From: an uncultured Acidimicrobiales bacterium | Lineage (GTDB): Bacteria; Actinomycetota; Acidimicrobiia; Acidimicrobiales; UBA10347 | DNA length: 64,000 bases | Assembly (NCBI GenBank): GCA_943788915.1 | Contig: CALSSD010000003.1 | Coordinates: 74,663 to 138,662 of the forward strand | Direction: 5' to 3' | Part shown: positions 1-10,467 of the stretch, piece after piece | Layout of the letters: each line of letters begins with the position of its first letter | Position numbering within the stretch: the first letter of the stretch is position 1 | The notes under the pieces: model-generated | The model's database searches: none | What the model was told of the DNA's origin: nothing | The model's input: only the letters and a program-made list of their open reading frames with translations | Position numbers and translations under genes: made by a program

Positions 1-855
1 ATGGTTGAACCGTTCGCCCTCGTCGGCGAAATCCACGTTAAGTTCGACTTCGAGCGCGGCGACCTGCTCAGTAATCCCGGTGGCTTCAAGCATGCCTGTC
101 CACTGCTTACTGCTGATCGCGACCACGATGAACCGGTGGCCGTCGTTTGTCACGAAGTCTCGTCCAAACGCGCCGTACAGATCGTTGCCGAGCCGGTCGC
201 GTTGTTCGCCGAGGATTTCGGCTTCGGCAACGTGTCCCATATTGGCGACCGTCGACATCGCGACGTCTGACAGTGCCAGCGTGACGAGCTGGCCATCCCC
301 AGTGGCCCGACGATGGCGGTCCGCTGCGAGAAGCCCGAGCGCAGCCTGCTGCCCGCAGATCACGTCCCATGCTGGCAAGACATGGTTGACAGGTTCGTCC
401 ATGCCTCGAGGACCAGTGGCGGTCGGATAACCGACCGCGGCATTCACGGTGTAGTCGACCGCAGTGGAACCGTCGGGATTGCCGGTGATAGCAACCATGA
501 TCACGTCGTCTCGTTGCTCGCGCATGCTCTCGTAGGAGAGCCATCCGCGGGCAGGGAAGTTGGTAAGAAACATGCCGCCGGCATCACCGGGCGCTGCGAT
601 CAGGCCTCGGACGATGTCGCGTCCTTCTTCGCTACGCAGATCAACCTGGATCGAACGTTTTCCCTTGTTGAGCGATGTCCAGTAGAGCGATGCGCCACCA
701 GGAGCCAGCGGCCACCGGGTGTAGTCGATGCTGCCGCCGATGGGGTCAAAACGGATCACGTCGGCTCCGAGCAGAGCCAGATGCATTCCGCCAGAAGGTG
801 CTGCGACGAAGGCGGACCCTTCGATCACTCGCATCCCAGAAAGCATCGTTGACAT
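1..855 (-). CDS. mct: Mesaconyl-CoA C1-C4 CoA transferase (2-methylfumaryl-CoA isomerase), family III CoA-transferase; 3' end runs off the window
   Basis: Not in the ORF track. Manual translation from ATG 855 (AAGGAG RBS upstream) gives MSTMLSGMRVIEGSAFVAAPSGGMHLALLGADVIRFDPIGG..RWP..SLYWTSLNKGKRSI..FLTNFPARGWLSY..VDYTVN..VNHVLPAWD..GNDLYGAFGRDF, the motif series I recall for Chloroflexus Mct; open to position 1. Confidence 0.85.
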   Translation of the reverse strand, partial: MSTMLSGMRVIEGSAFVAAPSGGMHLALLGADVIRFDPIGGSIDYTRWPLAPGGASLYWTSLNKGKRSIQVDLRSEEGRDIVRGLIAAPGDAGGMFLTNFPARGWLSYESMREQRDDVIMVAITGNPDGSTAVDYTVNAAVGYPTATGPRGMDEPVNHVLPAWDVICGQQAALGLLAADRHRRATGDGQLVTLALSDVAMSTVANMGHVAEAEILGEQRDRLGNDLYGAFGRDFVTNDGHRFIVVAISSKQWTGMLEATGITEQVAALEVELNVDFADEGERFNH

Positions 856-1068
856 AGAGACTCCTTAGCCGGGCAGTTGCGCGACTCGTCGATTGTGGCG
901 CTCTGCCTTGATGCGGCTGCGCCCTGAAATGATATTGGTTGGGCTCACCGTGAGCCCCAAACAACCTAGATCGGTGGCGATCTTCTAGTGTTCTTTATAG
1001 GCAATACACGCTAAATCACGCTCAGCGGCTTTACGGCCAAAAGTCGTGATCACTAGAATTGATATTTC

Positions 1069-3435
1069 ATGGATGTCACTACGGCACAACTCGACGATCA
1101 GGACGTCAAGTGGGTGTCACAGTTCGCGCTTGTGAATGCCCCGTCGGCCACTGCTGCTCTCTTCGAAGCCGAGACATTCGCGCTCGTAACCGGGCCCCAA
1201 AGCCCCCTGCACGACGTTCCGTGGACGATCCATGATTGTGGCGATGCGGAGACCCTGACCGACCTGTTCGACGCCAGTTCTTACACCGAAGTTTTGTCGG
1301 CGATGAGCCGGGCACAGATGGCCTCCATAGGCACCACCACCGTGCGATCCCTAGCCGGGCAACTCATGCAGCTAACGCTGCTTACTTTTGGGCAGCAAAG
1401 TGCGTACATGCTTGCGTTGCTCGACCCGACAACCACACTTGAAATTGCCGAAGCAACTCCCGGTAGTTCAATTCGTACCCGGATCGAATGTGATGGAACC
1501 GGGTCTATCACCGCCACCGACGGTCCGCCTGGTTCCTATGCCTCGATCGAGATGGAACTTGGTCTGTGGGCCGAGAATCTGATCGCACCCAGCGACCGTG
1601 CGGAGTATCACCTGGCAATCGAGCAGGTACTCGGCGGCGAACCATACGTCTCGCTGCAGTCGATGGGCGCAGCGCAAGGCCTTCACTTCGGCGTCACGGT
1701 CGTGCAGCCCGACAAAACCGTGATCATCGATCTTCACGACCGCTCCCACCAGGTCGCTGCCATCGATTCCCTCAAGCGCTCCCAGGCACAATTCGACCAG
1801 CTGTCCGAGACCTTGCCGGTTGGGGTGTTCGTTGTTGAAGGCGAAGGTCGCACCAAGTTTGCAAGCGAGAAACTCCGCGAGATGCTTGGACCGCGGATCG
1901 CCACCGAGTTTGGCTGGCTCGAAAGCATCCACCCCGATGATCAGGCTCTCGCTGCAGAGGCCTTCGCTGACCTGCCCAAAAACCGGCATTTCAACATCGA
2001 AATCCGTTCCAAACAAGCGAGTGGCGAATATGCATGGTCGCGTTGGGTCGGCTCCGATGTTCGCGACGAAGACGGCTTACTGGAATATGTCGTCGGGTTC
2101 GTCGAAGACATCTCCGAATGGCGCGAGCTGAATCATCAGATCGCGTACCAAGCAAGTTTCGACGGTCTCACCGATCTGCCGAACCGCATCACCTTGGTCA
2201 CCGAGTTACGGGATCGACTCGAAGCGCAAAAGCCCCCGAAGATGACCGGAGTCTTGTTCATCGACCTCGACGGATTCAAGCTCATCAATGACACTCAAGG
2301 CCACAGCGTCGGCGACATCGTGTTGCTTGAGGTCGCTCAGCGGTTCCGTCGGGCGCTCCGTCCAAAGGATCTGATCGGCCGCTTCGGTGGCGACGAGTTC
2401 GTCGTCGTCGCAAGTGATATCACCGACGAAGACGAGGCCAAAGCGATCGGTCGTCGGCTTCACGACATCTTGTCGACACCGGTTCTCGCTGACGGCCGAA
2501 TTATTAACGTAAATGCATCGTTGGGCATAGCTCTGTCCGGTCTCGATGCTTCTTCGTCAGAACAGTTGATCGGCGACGCCGATATCGCTATGTACGAAGC
2601 CAAGGCCACCGGGCGTAATCGTTCGGTGGTCTTCGACGCCACACTCCGAGCACGGGCGTCGCAACGCTTCGACATGACCGCTGACCTCCGGCATGCTCGC
2701 CGCCGACGCGAACTACGCCTCGTCTATCAGCCAATTGTTGATCTACAAACGGACACCATGGTCGGTGCCGAAGCACTGGTGCGATGGGAACATCCAGCGA
2801 TGGGGCGCATCTCCCCTGCGGTCTTTATCCCCTTGGCCGAAGAAATCGGCCTGATCGACGACGTCGGTGAATGGGTCGTTGAGCAGGCATGCGCTGATCT
2901 CGATCGTCTACGGGGTCAAGGTCTCGTTGACACTGACTTCACGCTCAGTGTGAATGCATCGGCCCAACAATTCACCAACGTGGCCATGCTTGCGACCAGC
3001 TCGCTCGCGTCCCTGAACCAATACGGGCTCAAACCATCCAACCTGAGATTCGAGCTGACCGAGTCCGTTCCTTTGGCTGAGATCCCCGACGCTGCAAACC
3101 GGATCCGCCAGCTCACCAACTATGGGTTCGGCCTGGCTATTGATGACTTTGGCACCGGTTACTCCAGCCTTGGCTACCTCACGATGTTGCCGTTCGACAT
3201 TCTGAAGCTTGACCTCTCGCTGACTGCTCAGCTCGAACCAGGGTCCCCTGCTCTGGCCGTAGTCGACAGCCTGACCCGGATGTCACACGAGATGGGCTTC
3301 AAGATCGTCGCCGAAGGTATCGAGACAGAGAAGCAACAGACCCTGCTGACAGACGCTGGCGTGCAGCTCGGTCAGGGCTACTACATCAGCCGTCCGGTCC
3401 CTCTCGGCGAACTCATAGACCTCCTCGAGGCCTGA
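1069..3435 (+). CDS. PAS-GGDEF-EAL diguanylate cyclase/phosphodiesterase
   Basis: PAS/PAC (IHPDD..YAW..GFVEDISE), DGLTDLPNR, FIDLDGFKLINDTQGH, RPKD I-site with GGDEF, EALVRW, ELTES, DDFGTGYSSL, EGIET. Confidence 0.95.
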   Translation: MDVTTAQLDDQDVKWVSQFALVNAPSATAALFEAETFALVTGPQSPLHDVPWTIHDCGDAETLTDLFDASSYTEVLSAMSRAQMASIGTTTVRSLAGQLMQLTLLTFGQQSAYMLALLDPTTTLEIAEATPGSSIRTRIECDGTGSITATDGPPGSYASIEMELGLWAENLIAPSDRAEYHLAIEQVLGGEPYVSLQSMGAAQGLHFGVTVVQPDKTVIIDLHDRSHQVAAIDSLKRSQAQFDQLSETLPVGVFVVEGEGRTKFASEKLREMLGPRIATEFGWLESIHPDDQALAAEAFADLPKNRHFNIEIRSKQASGEYAWSRWVGSDVRDEDGLLEYVVGFVEDISEWRELNHQIAYQASFDGLTDLPNRITLVTELRDRLEAQKPPKMTGVLFIDLDGFKLINDTQGHSVGDIVLLEVAQRFRRALRPKDLIGRFGGDEFVVVASDITDEDEAKAIGRRLHDILSTPVLADGRIINVNASLGIALSGLDASSSEQLIGDADIAMYEAKATGRNRSVVFDATLRARASQRFDMTADLRHARRRRELRLVYQPIVDLQTDTMVGAEALVRWEHPAMGRISPAVFIPLAEEIGLIDDVGEWVVEQACADLDRLRGQGLVDTDFTLSVNASAQQFTNVAMLATSSLASLNQYGLKPSNLRFELTESVPLAEIPDAANRIRQLTNYGFGLAIDDFGTGYSSLGYLTMLPFDILKLDLSLTAQLEPGSPALAVVDSLTRMSHEMGFKIVAEGIETEKQQTLLTDAGVQLGQGYYISRPVPLGELIDLLEA

Positions 3436-3457
3436 ACGCAACAGCGAGCTCCGCCGG

Positions 3458-5962
3458 CTAGCCGCGGCGCTTTCGAGGATCTGCGGGCCAATCATGTTTT
3501 GGGTAACGGCCTGCCATATCTTTGCGCACTTCGGCCCAGCTACCATCCCAAAAGCCGGGAAGATCGGCGGTCCGCTGGATTGGACGCCCTGCAGGCGACA
3601 ACAGTTCGACGGTAAGCGGCTGGTCGCCACTAAGGATCGTGGGGTGGGTGCTGACACCATAGAAGTCTTGCGCCCGGGAGGCGATCGTCGGTGGCTCAGC
3701 TGCGTAGTCGATCTTGAGTTTCCGGCCAGCTGGCAACACAAACGTTACCGGTAATGCTGCCTCGAGTTGCTGTCGCCGTTCACGGCCGAGCAACATGTCG
3801 AAGGCAACAGCCACGGATACGACCTCGAGGTCAGAGCGACCACTAGCACCAACGAGCAACGGCCCAAGCCAGCTATCAAGCGTGGCAACCAGTGTCTTGT
3901 CCGACAGATCTGGCCAGCCCGCATCGGGTTGACGGGCTCGCACATACTCAACCCGTGCTTGGAGTGCACGAGACGAGTCGGTCCATGACAGCGCCTTCAG
4001 TCGAGTTCGCCGAACCTGGTCAAGCAGCAGGTCCACGACCTCCTGAGATGGCACTGGCCGCCGACTCGTCGATCCTAGGTCGAGCGACCCCAAATGACGA
4101 TCGACCCGGGTGACGACATCCTTGCGCTCGCGATCCCACAGAGTGCGCTCAGTGACTTCGGCGTCAAACCCTGCGGTCTCGAGTAGGTCGGTCACATCGA
4201 CCGCAGCACCAATACGAACACGGGCATCTTTACGTTTGCCATCGAGGTCGATGGCCACGATGTAGTCCTCGCCTGCCAACGGGTCGGTGTCAACAACGCG
4301 CACCCCTGATCCACTTCGGAGCCGGAAACGACCGCGACCGCTCCCCCGCCGTTGCGCTACCCGGTCCGGGAATCCTGCAGCAACCAACAACCCAATCCGG
4401 TCGCGATCGTAGCCGTCGTCGTCACAGCCAATTCGACGAGCGAGATCATTCGCCCGTGCCCGCACCAGCTGAATCGACCTACCCGACGCAAGCCCGTGGC
4501 TTCGGTTTCGGTCGGTCAACAGGTCCAGCCGCAAACCAAGATCTGCAGGGACCTCGGCCGGCCGACCTCGAAGCACGTCGCGTTCATCGATCAACGCCGC
4601 CAGAGCACACCCCATGGCACCGATGCCCCGCTCCACGCCGGTGACGACGATCGCTCCCAGGCGCGGATGCAGCGGCAACTGGGCAAGTTGACGACCCCGG
4701 TCGGTGATGGCGTCGTGGGCATCGATGGCGCCGAGCATGTGCAGCACCTGGCCGGATTCCTTCCAGGCCTGCGGAGGGACGGGGTCCAGCATCGGCAACG
4801 TTGCTGGGTCGGAAACACCCCACGCCGCAAGCTCAAGCCGTAACTGCGCCAGGTCGACCTTGGTGATTTCTGCCGCGCCGAACGCCGATCTCGTGCCGTG
4901 TTCGATCTTGGACCACAGCCGCACCGCCATACCCGGACGGGTTCGCCCAGCACGACCAGCGCGCTGATCTGCTGAGGCTCGCGAGACCGACACGGTGGTG
5001 AGCCGGGTCAGGCCGTTGCCTGGATCGAACCGCGGTGCCCGAGCGAGCCCCGAGTCGACTACGGCCGTAACCCCCTCGACGGTCAGGCTGCTCTCGGCGA
5101 TATCGGTGCTAAGCACGACTTTTCGCATACCAGCAGCTGCTGGTGCAACGGCACGGTCCTGCTCATCGAGCGGCAAACTGCCGTGTAGCGGATGCACTTC
5201 GACCCGCGGGTCAAGTCCTCGGAGTTGCTCTTGGGTGCGTCGGATCTCGGCCATACCCGGCAGGAAGACCAGGACATCGCCGTCGTCTTCGGTTTCGAGC
5301 ACCCATTGCACTGCCTGCACGACCGCTGGCTCGAGCCGATCTCGTTTGTTGCGAGGACGCCAATGCATGGCGACCTCAAACGTGCGGCCTGCGCACTCGA
5401 TCACCGGCGCTGGCTCGGACTCACCTATTAGAGCGGCGACCTTGTGGGCGTCGATCGTGGCCGACATGACCATCACCGCGGTGGCGAGGTCGAGCGTGCG
5501 GTGGGCATCAAGCAATAACGCCAGACCCAAGTCTGCCTGCTGGCTGCGTTCATGGAATTCGTCGAAGATGACCAGGCCGTATCCCTCGAGTTCAGGATCG
5601 CGCTGGAGCCGACGGGTGAGGATGCCTTCGGTAACGACCTCGATGCGCGTCGCCTTGCTGACACGGCGGTCATCTCGAGTGGTGACACCCACGGTTTGCC
5701 CTACCTGTTCCCCCAACAGGGATGCCATACGTGCCGCCGATGCTCGAGCGGCCAACCGGCGAGGCTCCAGCATGACGATGCGTTGACCAGCGAGCCATGG
5801 TTCGTCGAGCAGACGCAGCGGCACCACGGTGGTCTTACCTGCTCCCGGCTCAGCAGTCAGCACGGCCCGACGGTGTCGGTCGAGTGCCGCCCGCACGTCG
5901 GGGATGACCGCTTCGATTGGCAGTCCGGTATCGGGAACAGTCCTCACCTGCAGCAATCCCAC
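3458..5962 (-). CDS. hrpB: ATP-dependent RNA helicase HrpB
   Basis: AEPGAGKTT, DEFHER, MSAT, STDIAESSLT, QRAGRAGR and HrpB C-terminus (LLSPAGRPIQ.T.DLPGFW.GSW..VRKDMAGRYPKH.WP.DP); start may be GTG 5947. Confidence 0.95.
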   Translation of the reverse strand: MGLLQVRTVPDTGLPIEAVIPDVRAALDRHRRAVLTAEPGAGKTTVVPLRLLDEPWLAGQRIVMLEPRRLAARASAARMASLLGEQVGQTVGVTTRDDRRVSKATRIEVVTEGILTRRLQRDPELEGYGLVIFDEFHERSQQADLGLALLLDAHRTLDLATAVMVMSATIDAHKVAALIGESEPAPVIECAGRTFEVAMHWRPRNKRDRLEPAVVQAVQWVLETEDDGDVLVFLPGMAEIRRTQEQLRGLDPRVEVHPLHGSLPLDEQDRAVAPAAAGMRKVVLSTDIAESSLTVEGVTAVVDSGLARAPRFDPGNGLTRLTTVSVSRASADQRAGRAGRTRPGMAVRLWSKIEHGTRSAFGAAEITKVDLAQLRLELAAWGVSDPATLPMLDPVPPQAWKESGQVLHMLGAIDAHDAITDRGRQLAQLPLHPRLGAIVVTGVERGIGAMGCALAALIDERDVLRGRPAEVPADLGLRLDLLTDRNRSHGLASGRSIQLVRARANDLARRIGCDDDGYDRDRIGLLVAAGFPDRVAQRRGSGRGRFRLRSGSGVRVVDTDPLAGEDYIVAIDLDGKRKDARVRIGAAVDVTDLLETAGFDAEVTERTLWDRERKDVVTRVDRHLGSLDLGSTSRRPVPSQEVVDLLLDQVRRTRLKALSWTDSSRALQARVEYVRARQPDAGWPDLSDKTLVATLDSWLGPLLVGASGRSDLEVVSVAVAFDMLLGRERRQQLEAALPVTFVLPAGRKLKIDYAAEPPTIASRAQDFYGVSTHPTILSGDQPLTVELLSPAGRPIQRTADLPGFWDGSWAEVRKDMAGRYPKHDWPADPRKRRG

Positions 5963-5974
5963 ATCGCTGGTCGG

Positions 5975-7189
5975 TCAGGGTGCATTGTCGGCCTCGACTG
6001 CAGCGAGCATCTGTTCGAAAGCATCAGGGACGGCACTCTGCACCCGGGCCCAACTCGAGATGAACGGTGTCTCCATCGGGTTCGAGGAGAAATCCTCGCC
6101 CGCCTCGACGATCGTCTGGGCAAAGACCTCGACAAGTTGCTCTTCGCTGTGGCTATCGAACTCAAGGCCATTCATATCAGCGACTGCTTCATAACGTTCG
6201 ACCATGTCGAGCGCGTTGCGGTAGTAACTCGCCTTGATGGTCCGGAAGGTTTCGGCAGAAAGGACCTCGCCACCAATAGCCAGCTTGCGAAACATTGCCT
6301 TGGTGATGTCAAGGCTCATCTTGTGGAGACCGGTCGACGGGTCCTCGAAGGAGACCTGCTGGTGTTTGTGGTCATAGGCCCCGGTGAGGTCGACCTGGCA
6401 GATGCGTTGTGTTGTGTAACGACGATGGACTTCACTAAGCACACCGATCTCTAGACCCCAGTCGCTGGGGATGCGAATATTGCGCACCACATTGATGTGC
6501 ATGGCGAACTCGCCCGCCAGCGGGTATCGAAAACTGTCCAGGTAGTCCAGGTAGTCGTTTTCGCCCAAGCACTGACGAAGCGCTCGAATGAGTGGGGTGA
6601 CCAATAGTCGCACCACTCGGCCATTGAGCCGCTCGCCATCAGTCCGGAAGTAGTACCCCTTCGCAAACGAGAAACCGAACGTCGGATGTACGACCGGATA
6701 GAAGAGTTTGCTGACCATCGATCGGTCGTAGGTCACGATGTCTGCATCGTGTAGACCGACTACCTCGCCGAGGCCTGACGCCAAGAAGTAACCAATGCAA
6801 TACCAAACATTGCGCCCCTTGCCCGCTTCAAGTGGAGCGATCGAATGATCGCGAAAGACCTGGTCGAGCGCTTGGAGTCGGGGGCCATCGTTCCACAGGA
6901 TCCGCGTGGCCTGTGGGAGGCGAGAGAAGAACTCGCGAGCCTGGTGGAATTCATCCTCGGTGGCGCGGTCGAGCCCAATGATGATCTGATCGAGAAACGG
7001 GACCTGAGCTAGTTCGTCAACGATGTGATCGAGCGCTGGCCCACCCAGTTCGCTAAAGAGAGAGGGGATAATGAGCGACATCGGTCGGCTCTTGCCCCAT
7101 CGGACGAGATCCTTGTCGAGATCCTCGGTTGCGCGTAGACCGAAGTCATGCAGCGTCGTGATCGGACCGTTCTGGAAGTAGTCACCCAC
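5975..7189 (-). CDS. gpgS: Glucosyl-3-phosphoglycerate synthase-like glycosyltransferase (GT-A fold)
   Basis: MGDYFQNGPITTLH N-terminus, GKGRNVW, LHDADI (DxD), KGYY, YPLAGEF, DWGLEIG, YDHKHQ. Confidence 0.75.
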   Translation of the reverse strand: MGDYFQNGPITTLHDFGLRATEDLDKDLVRWGKSRPMSLIIPSLFSELGGPALDHIVDELAQVPFLDQIIIGLDRATEDEFHQAREFFSRLPQATRILWNDGPRLQALDQVFRDHSIAPLEAGKGRNVWYCIGYFLASGLGEVVGLHDADIVTYDRSMVSKLFYPVVHPTFGFSFAKGYYFRTDGERLNGRVVRLLVTPLIRALRQCLGENDYLDYLDSFRYPLAGEFAMHINVVRNIRIPSDWGLEIGVLSEVHRRYTTQRICQVDLTGAYDHKHQQVSFEDPSTGLHKMSLDITKAMFRKLAIGGEVLSAETFRTIKASYYRNALDMVERYEAVADMNGLEFDSHSEEQLVEVFAQTIVEAGEDFSSNPMETPFISSWARVQSAVPDAFEQMLAAVEADNAP

Positions 7190-7213
7190 AACTTCCGAAT
7201 CTACTCGGTAACG

Positions 7214-7245
7214 GAAGAACGAGGCCTTCTCAGGCCTCGTTCTTC
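7214..7245 (-). terminator. Perfect 14-bp hairpin, probable terminator of the OmpA-domain gene
   Basis: GAAGAACGAGGCCT-tctc-AGGCCTCGTTCTTC about 25 nt after the stop at 7270. Confidence 0.65.
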
Positions 7246-7269
7246 TGCGTACTCGGTGCTTAGCTGGAC

Positions 7270-9340
7270 CTAGATCGGGCGGAACTCGATGCGCCGGTTC
7301 TTCGCCTTGTTCTCTGGCGTGTCGTTCGCCGCAATTGGCAGGTCTTCGCCAAAGCCGATCGCCGTCATCGACTCGGCAGCGACACCTTGTGATGCCAGAT
7401 AGGACTTCACGGCGTCGGCTCGTTCCTGGCTCAAGGTCTGGTTGTAACCAGGCTCGCCATCGGAATCGGTGTGGCCGCCAATCTCGATGTTTCCTGGAGT
7501 CTCGAGCAAGAACGCCGCAACCTTGTCGAGTTCGACCTGGCCATCGGCTGTCAGATCCGAGCCACCGGACGCAAACGTGATCGGAGCCAAACCGAGTGCA
7601 GCACCGATCTCTTCGGGCAGTTCAGCAGCAGCGGCCTGAGGCAGCAGTACGGAACTCACGATATGCAGCACGCCATTGCGAGCGGCCGCATCGCCGACCA
7701 GGACCGATACCGAACCATTGAGCACGATGCTTCCCGTGGAGGCATCAACCTCTATGTTCTGGCCGTCGAGTTGTGTAGGTAACGAGGCCGTTGCAGAGAT
7801 CGAGGCAGCATCTTGCGCTCCGACCAGCAGGTGGTAACGAAGAACTGCCTTGAGTGCCTCGGGATCGTTCTGCAGCTCAGCCACTTGATCGGAGACAGCC
7901 TCGAATGCGTCGTTCGTAGGTGCAAACAGCGTGAACTCGCCACCTCCACTGAGGGCCTCGGCGAACCCCGCTTGATCGAGCAATGCTCGCAGCGTGGACA
8001 ACTCGGGCTGTGCATCGATGAGATCATTCAACGAGTAACCCTGGGCGCCGCCACCAGCAGGAGTGTCGGAAGCAGTGACATTGTTCTGTACACCGAGCCC
8101 GGCTGCACGCACCGCCTGATCAAGGAGCGCACGTTCGGTCTCGTCCGCTACCGACCCGTTGAGCACCGCAACATCACCGAAGACTTCGCCATCCACGTTT
8201 GGATACTCAAGCAGGATCCCGTCGAGTGTTGTTTGGCGTTCAGCGACGAGAGGGTCTGGCGTTGGCGTAGCAACGGCGGTTGTGTCGTCGCCGGGAGCAA
8301 CGGATATCTCGCCATCACTGCCGCCACATTGGGAGATAGCGATACCCAGAATGATGAGACCAAGCACCGCACCGATGAGCCACCACAACCAACCCATGCC
8401 GGAAAGACCACTGCCCTCGACTTCGTCCGGTGCGGCATCAACCTCGGGGATTCCCGAGTCGGCATAGGTAATGGTTGACCCAGAAACAGCAGCATCGTCG
8501 GCAATAACGACACCAGCGGGCGCAACGTTGGCTACCTCGGCACCAAAATCGGGCATCGAACCGCCCAGCTCGATTGCCTCGGTTGGGTCATCGAGATCCA
8601 TAGAGAAATCGCCGAGTGCACTGTCGTCGGGGGCACTGTCGTCGAGACCCAGTAGCTCATCCGCTGCATCGAGAGAATGCCCCCTCGACGATGATTGCGT
8701 CGTCTGGTTGGTCGTCTGGTACATCGAAGAATAGGTCGTCGTCTTGGGGCGGGTCGACGTCTGCTTCGTGATCGCCGCTTGCCATCTGTACCGGCGCCTC
8801 CGCAGGGGCAGTTACCACATCGGCAACAGAGGCCATGTCGAGGCCAGGCGGGCTGACGAGTTCGACAACTCGTCCGAAACCTTTTCCTTCAAGGTCAGTC
8901 ACTGCATCGCCAAGATACGAACGCAAACCGTCGGGGCTTCGCTCGGCGTGGGCAGCGACCGTGCCGGTCGCCAGCGGCGCAAGAACAGACATGACCTGCG
9001 CAAGCAGACGTGTGCTCAGACCTGATGCTGCGCTGAGGGCACCGAGTGCAGGCTCGCCCCTGTCGCCAAAGGCGACATCGAGCATTGCTGCTCCGCGCGC
9101 GGGGTCACCAGCAGCGAGATACGCGTCGATGTCGCCGGGCACCGAAGCATCGGCGTCGCCGAGCATCGACGCAAGATTCTGAGCGCCTCCCGGCTCGAGC
9201 GTTTTATCTCGTAGACCAGTGATGAGCGCTGGAAGCCCAATCTCCATCGCCCGTCTGGTCTGGGTGCGATCAGTGCCGAGTGCGTGCGCGAGATCGTCGG
9301 GCGCCGATCCGCGCAGCATGTCAGCAATCGTGTCAAACAT
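7270..9340 (-). CDS. Membrane-anchored envelope protein: DUF937/YidB-like, acidic linker, TM, BON, fasciclin (FAS1), OmpA C-like; split by a frameshift near 8670-8685
   Basis: ORF 8657-9535 (likely start ATG 9340, MFDTIADML..AMEIGLPALITGL) joins ORF 7270-8724 at gagggggcattctctcgat; TM WLWWLIGAVLGLIILGIAI; BON VAVLNGSVADE..VQNNV; FAS1 FTLFAPTNDAF..LRYHLL..RNGVLHIV; OmpA GHTDSDG..NQTLSQERA..NRRIEF. Confidence 0.8.
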
Positions 9341-9536
9341 CGAGGCCACATCCAGATCGTACGACGTGGGACACGACTGAACGTGGCACTTCAACGATTC
9401 TCCTGTTTGATCACCCCACGAGCCCATGTTCAGACCTACGATTTGTCTGTGGGATATGAGTTCGTTCTTGGAGCCGCATGTTGCCATCTCAGCAAGAATT
9501 CGATCGGTAAGGCCACTACATGAGCAACGCAACAAC

Positions 9537-10409
9537 GTGAGTAACGCTAATGAAAATCACGTTTATTGGAACGCTAAGTCCCAAGCCGACGCACCGATTC
9601 TGGTCATGGCGCTTGAAGGGCTCTTCGATATCGCCGGTGCAGCCACTGATGCGGTGGACCACCTCGCGAGCAGTGCGATCAGCCGGGTCAAGATTGCCGC
9701 AATTGACCCCGAGGTATTCTTCGATTTCACGCAGCAGCGTCCGATCGTGTCACTCGATGACACCGGCGCCCGCATCTTGCGTTGGCCCGAAAACGATGCG
9801 TATGAACTAGCGCTCGACGGCGATGTTCCCTCGCTCGTCACGATCTCTGGGATTGAACCCCACCTGCGATGGCGTACGTTCGCTCAAGCAGTGGGTGAGA
9901 TCGCACAGAAGAGCGGCGCCCGTCTTGTCGTAACGCTTGGCGCCATGGCCGGCCAGGCACCCCATACACGGGCACTCGGTGTCGTGGGATCAGCAAGTGA
10001 TCCAGTTCTCGCTGAACGGTTGGGATTGGGCCGACCCACGTACCAAGGTCCAACCGGGCTTGTCGGAGCCCTGCACGTGCACTTGCACGAACTCGGCCTC
10101 GCCGTAATATCACTGCGCGTTTCGGTTCCTCATTACGTGACGCAGGCACCAAATCCAGAAGCGACTCGTTCGTTACTGGCGCGACTCGAACTCGTGACGG
10201 GAATCGAGACAGGCCACGCCAGCTTCACCGCCGACGCGGCTGCATGGCGCTCCAAGGTCGACGCCGCCGTTGCCAGCGACGACGAGATGCGCAGCTACGT
10301 AGAGCGACTCGAAACACTCATCGACAACTCACAGGACCTGCTTCCTTCCGGCGATGAACTCGCTGCGCAGCTCCAGGCCTGGCTGCGCGACAACACCGAC
10401 GAGGGGTAG
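9537..10409 (+). CDS. PAC2 family (proteasome assembly chaperone-like) protein
   Basis: LEGLFDIAGAA, FFDFTQQRP, GIEPHLRWRTF, PHTR, YQGPTG, VPHYV..PNP; start taken as GTG 9537. Confidence 0.85.
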   Translation: MSNANENHVYWNAKSQADAPILVMALEGLFDIAGAATDAVDHLASSAISRVKIAAIDPEVFFDFTQQRPIVSLDDTGARILRWPENDAYELALDGDVPSLVTISGIEPHLRWRTFAQAVGEIAQKSGARLVVTLGAMAGQAPHTRALGVVGSASDPVLAERLGLGRPTYQGPTGLVGALHVHLHELGLAVISLRVSVPHYVTQAPNPEATRSLLARLELVTGIETGHASFTADAAAWRSKVDAAVASDDEMRSYVERLETLIDNSQDLLPSGDELAAQLQAWLRDNTDEG

Positions 10410-10467
10410 TACTGGTGGTCCGGCCTTCAGCTCGTTCCTCGCCGAAACCCTGTCCCAGAAGCCCGTG

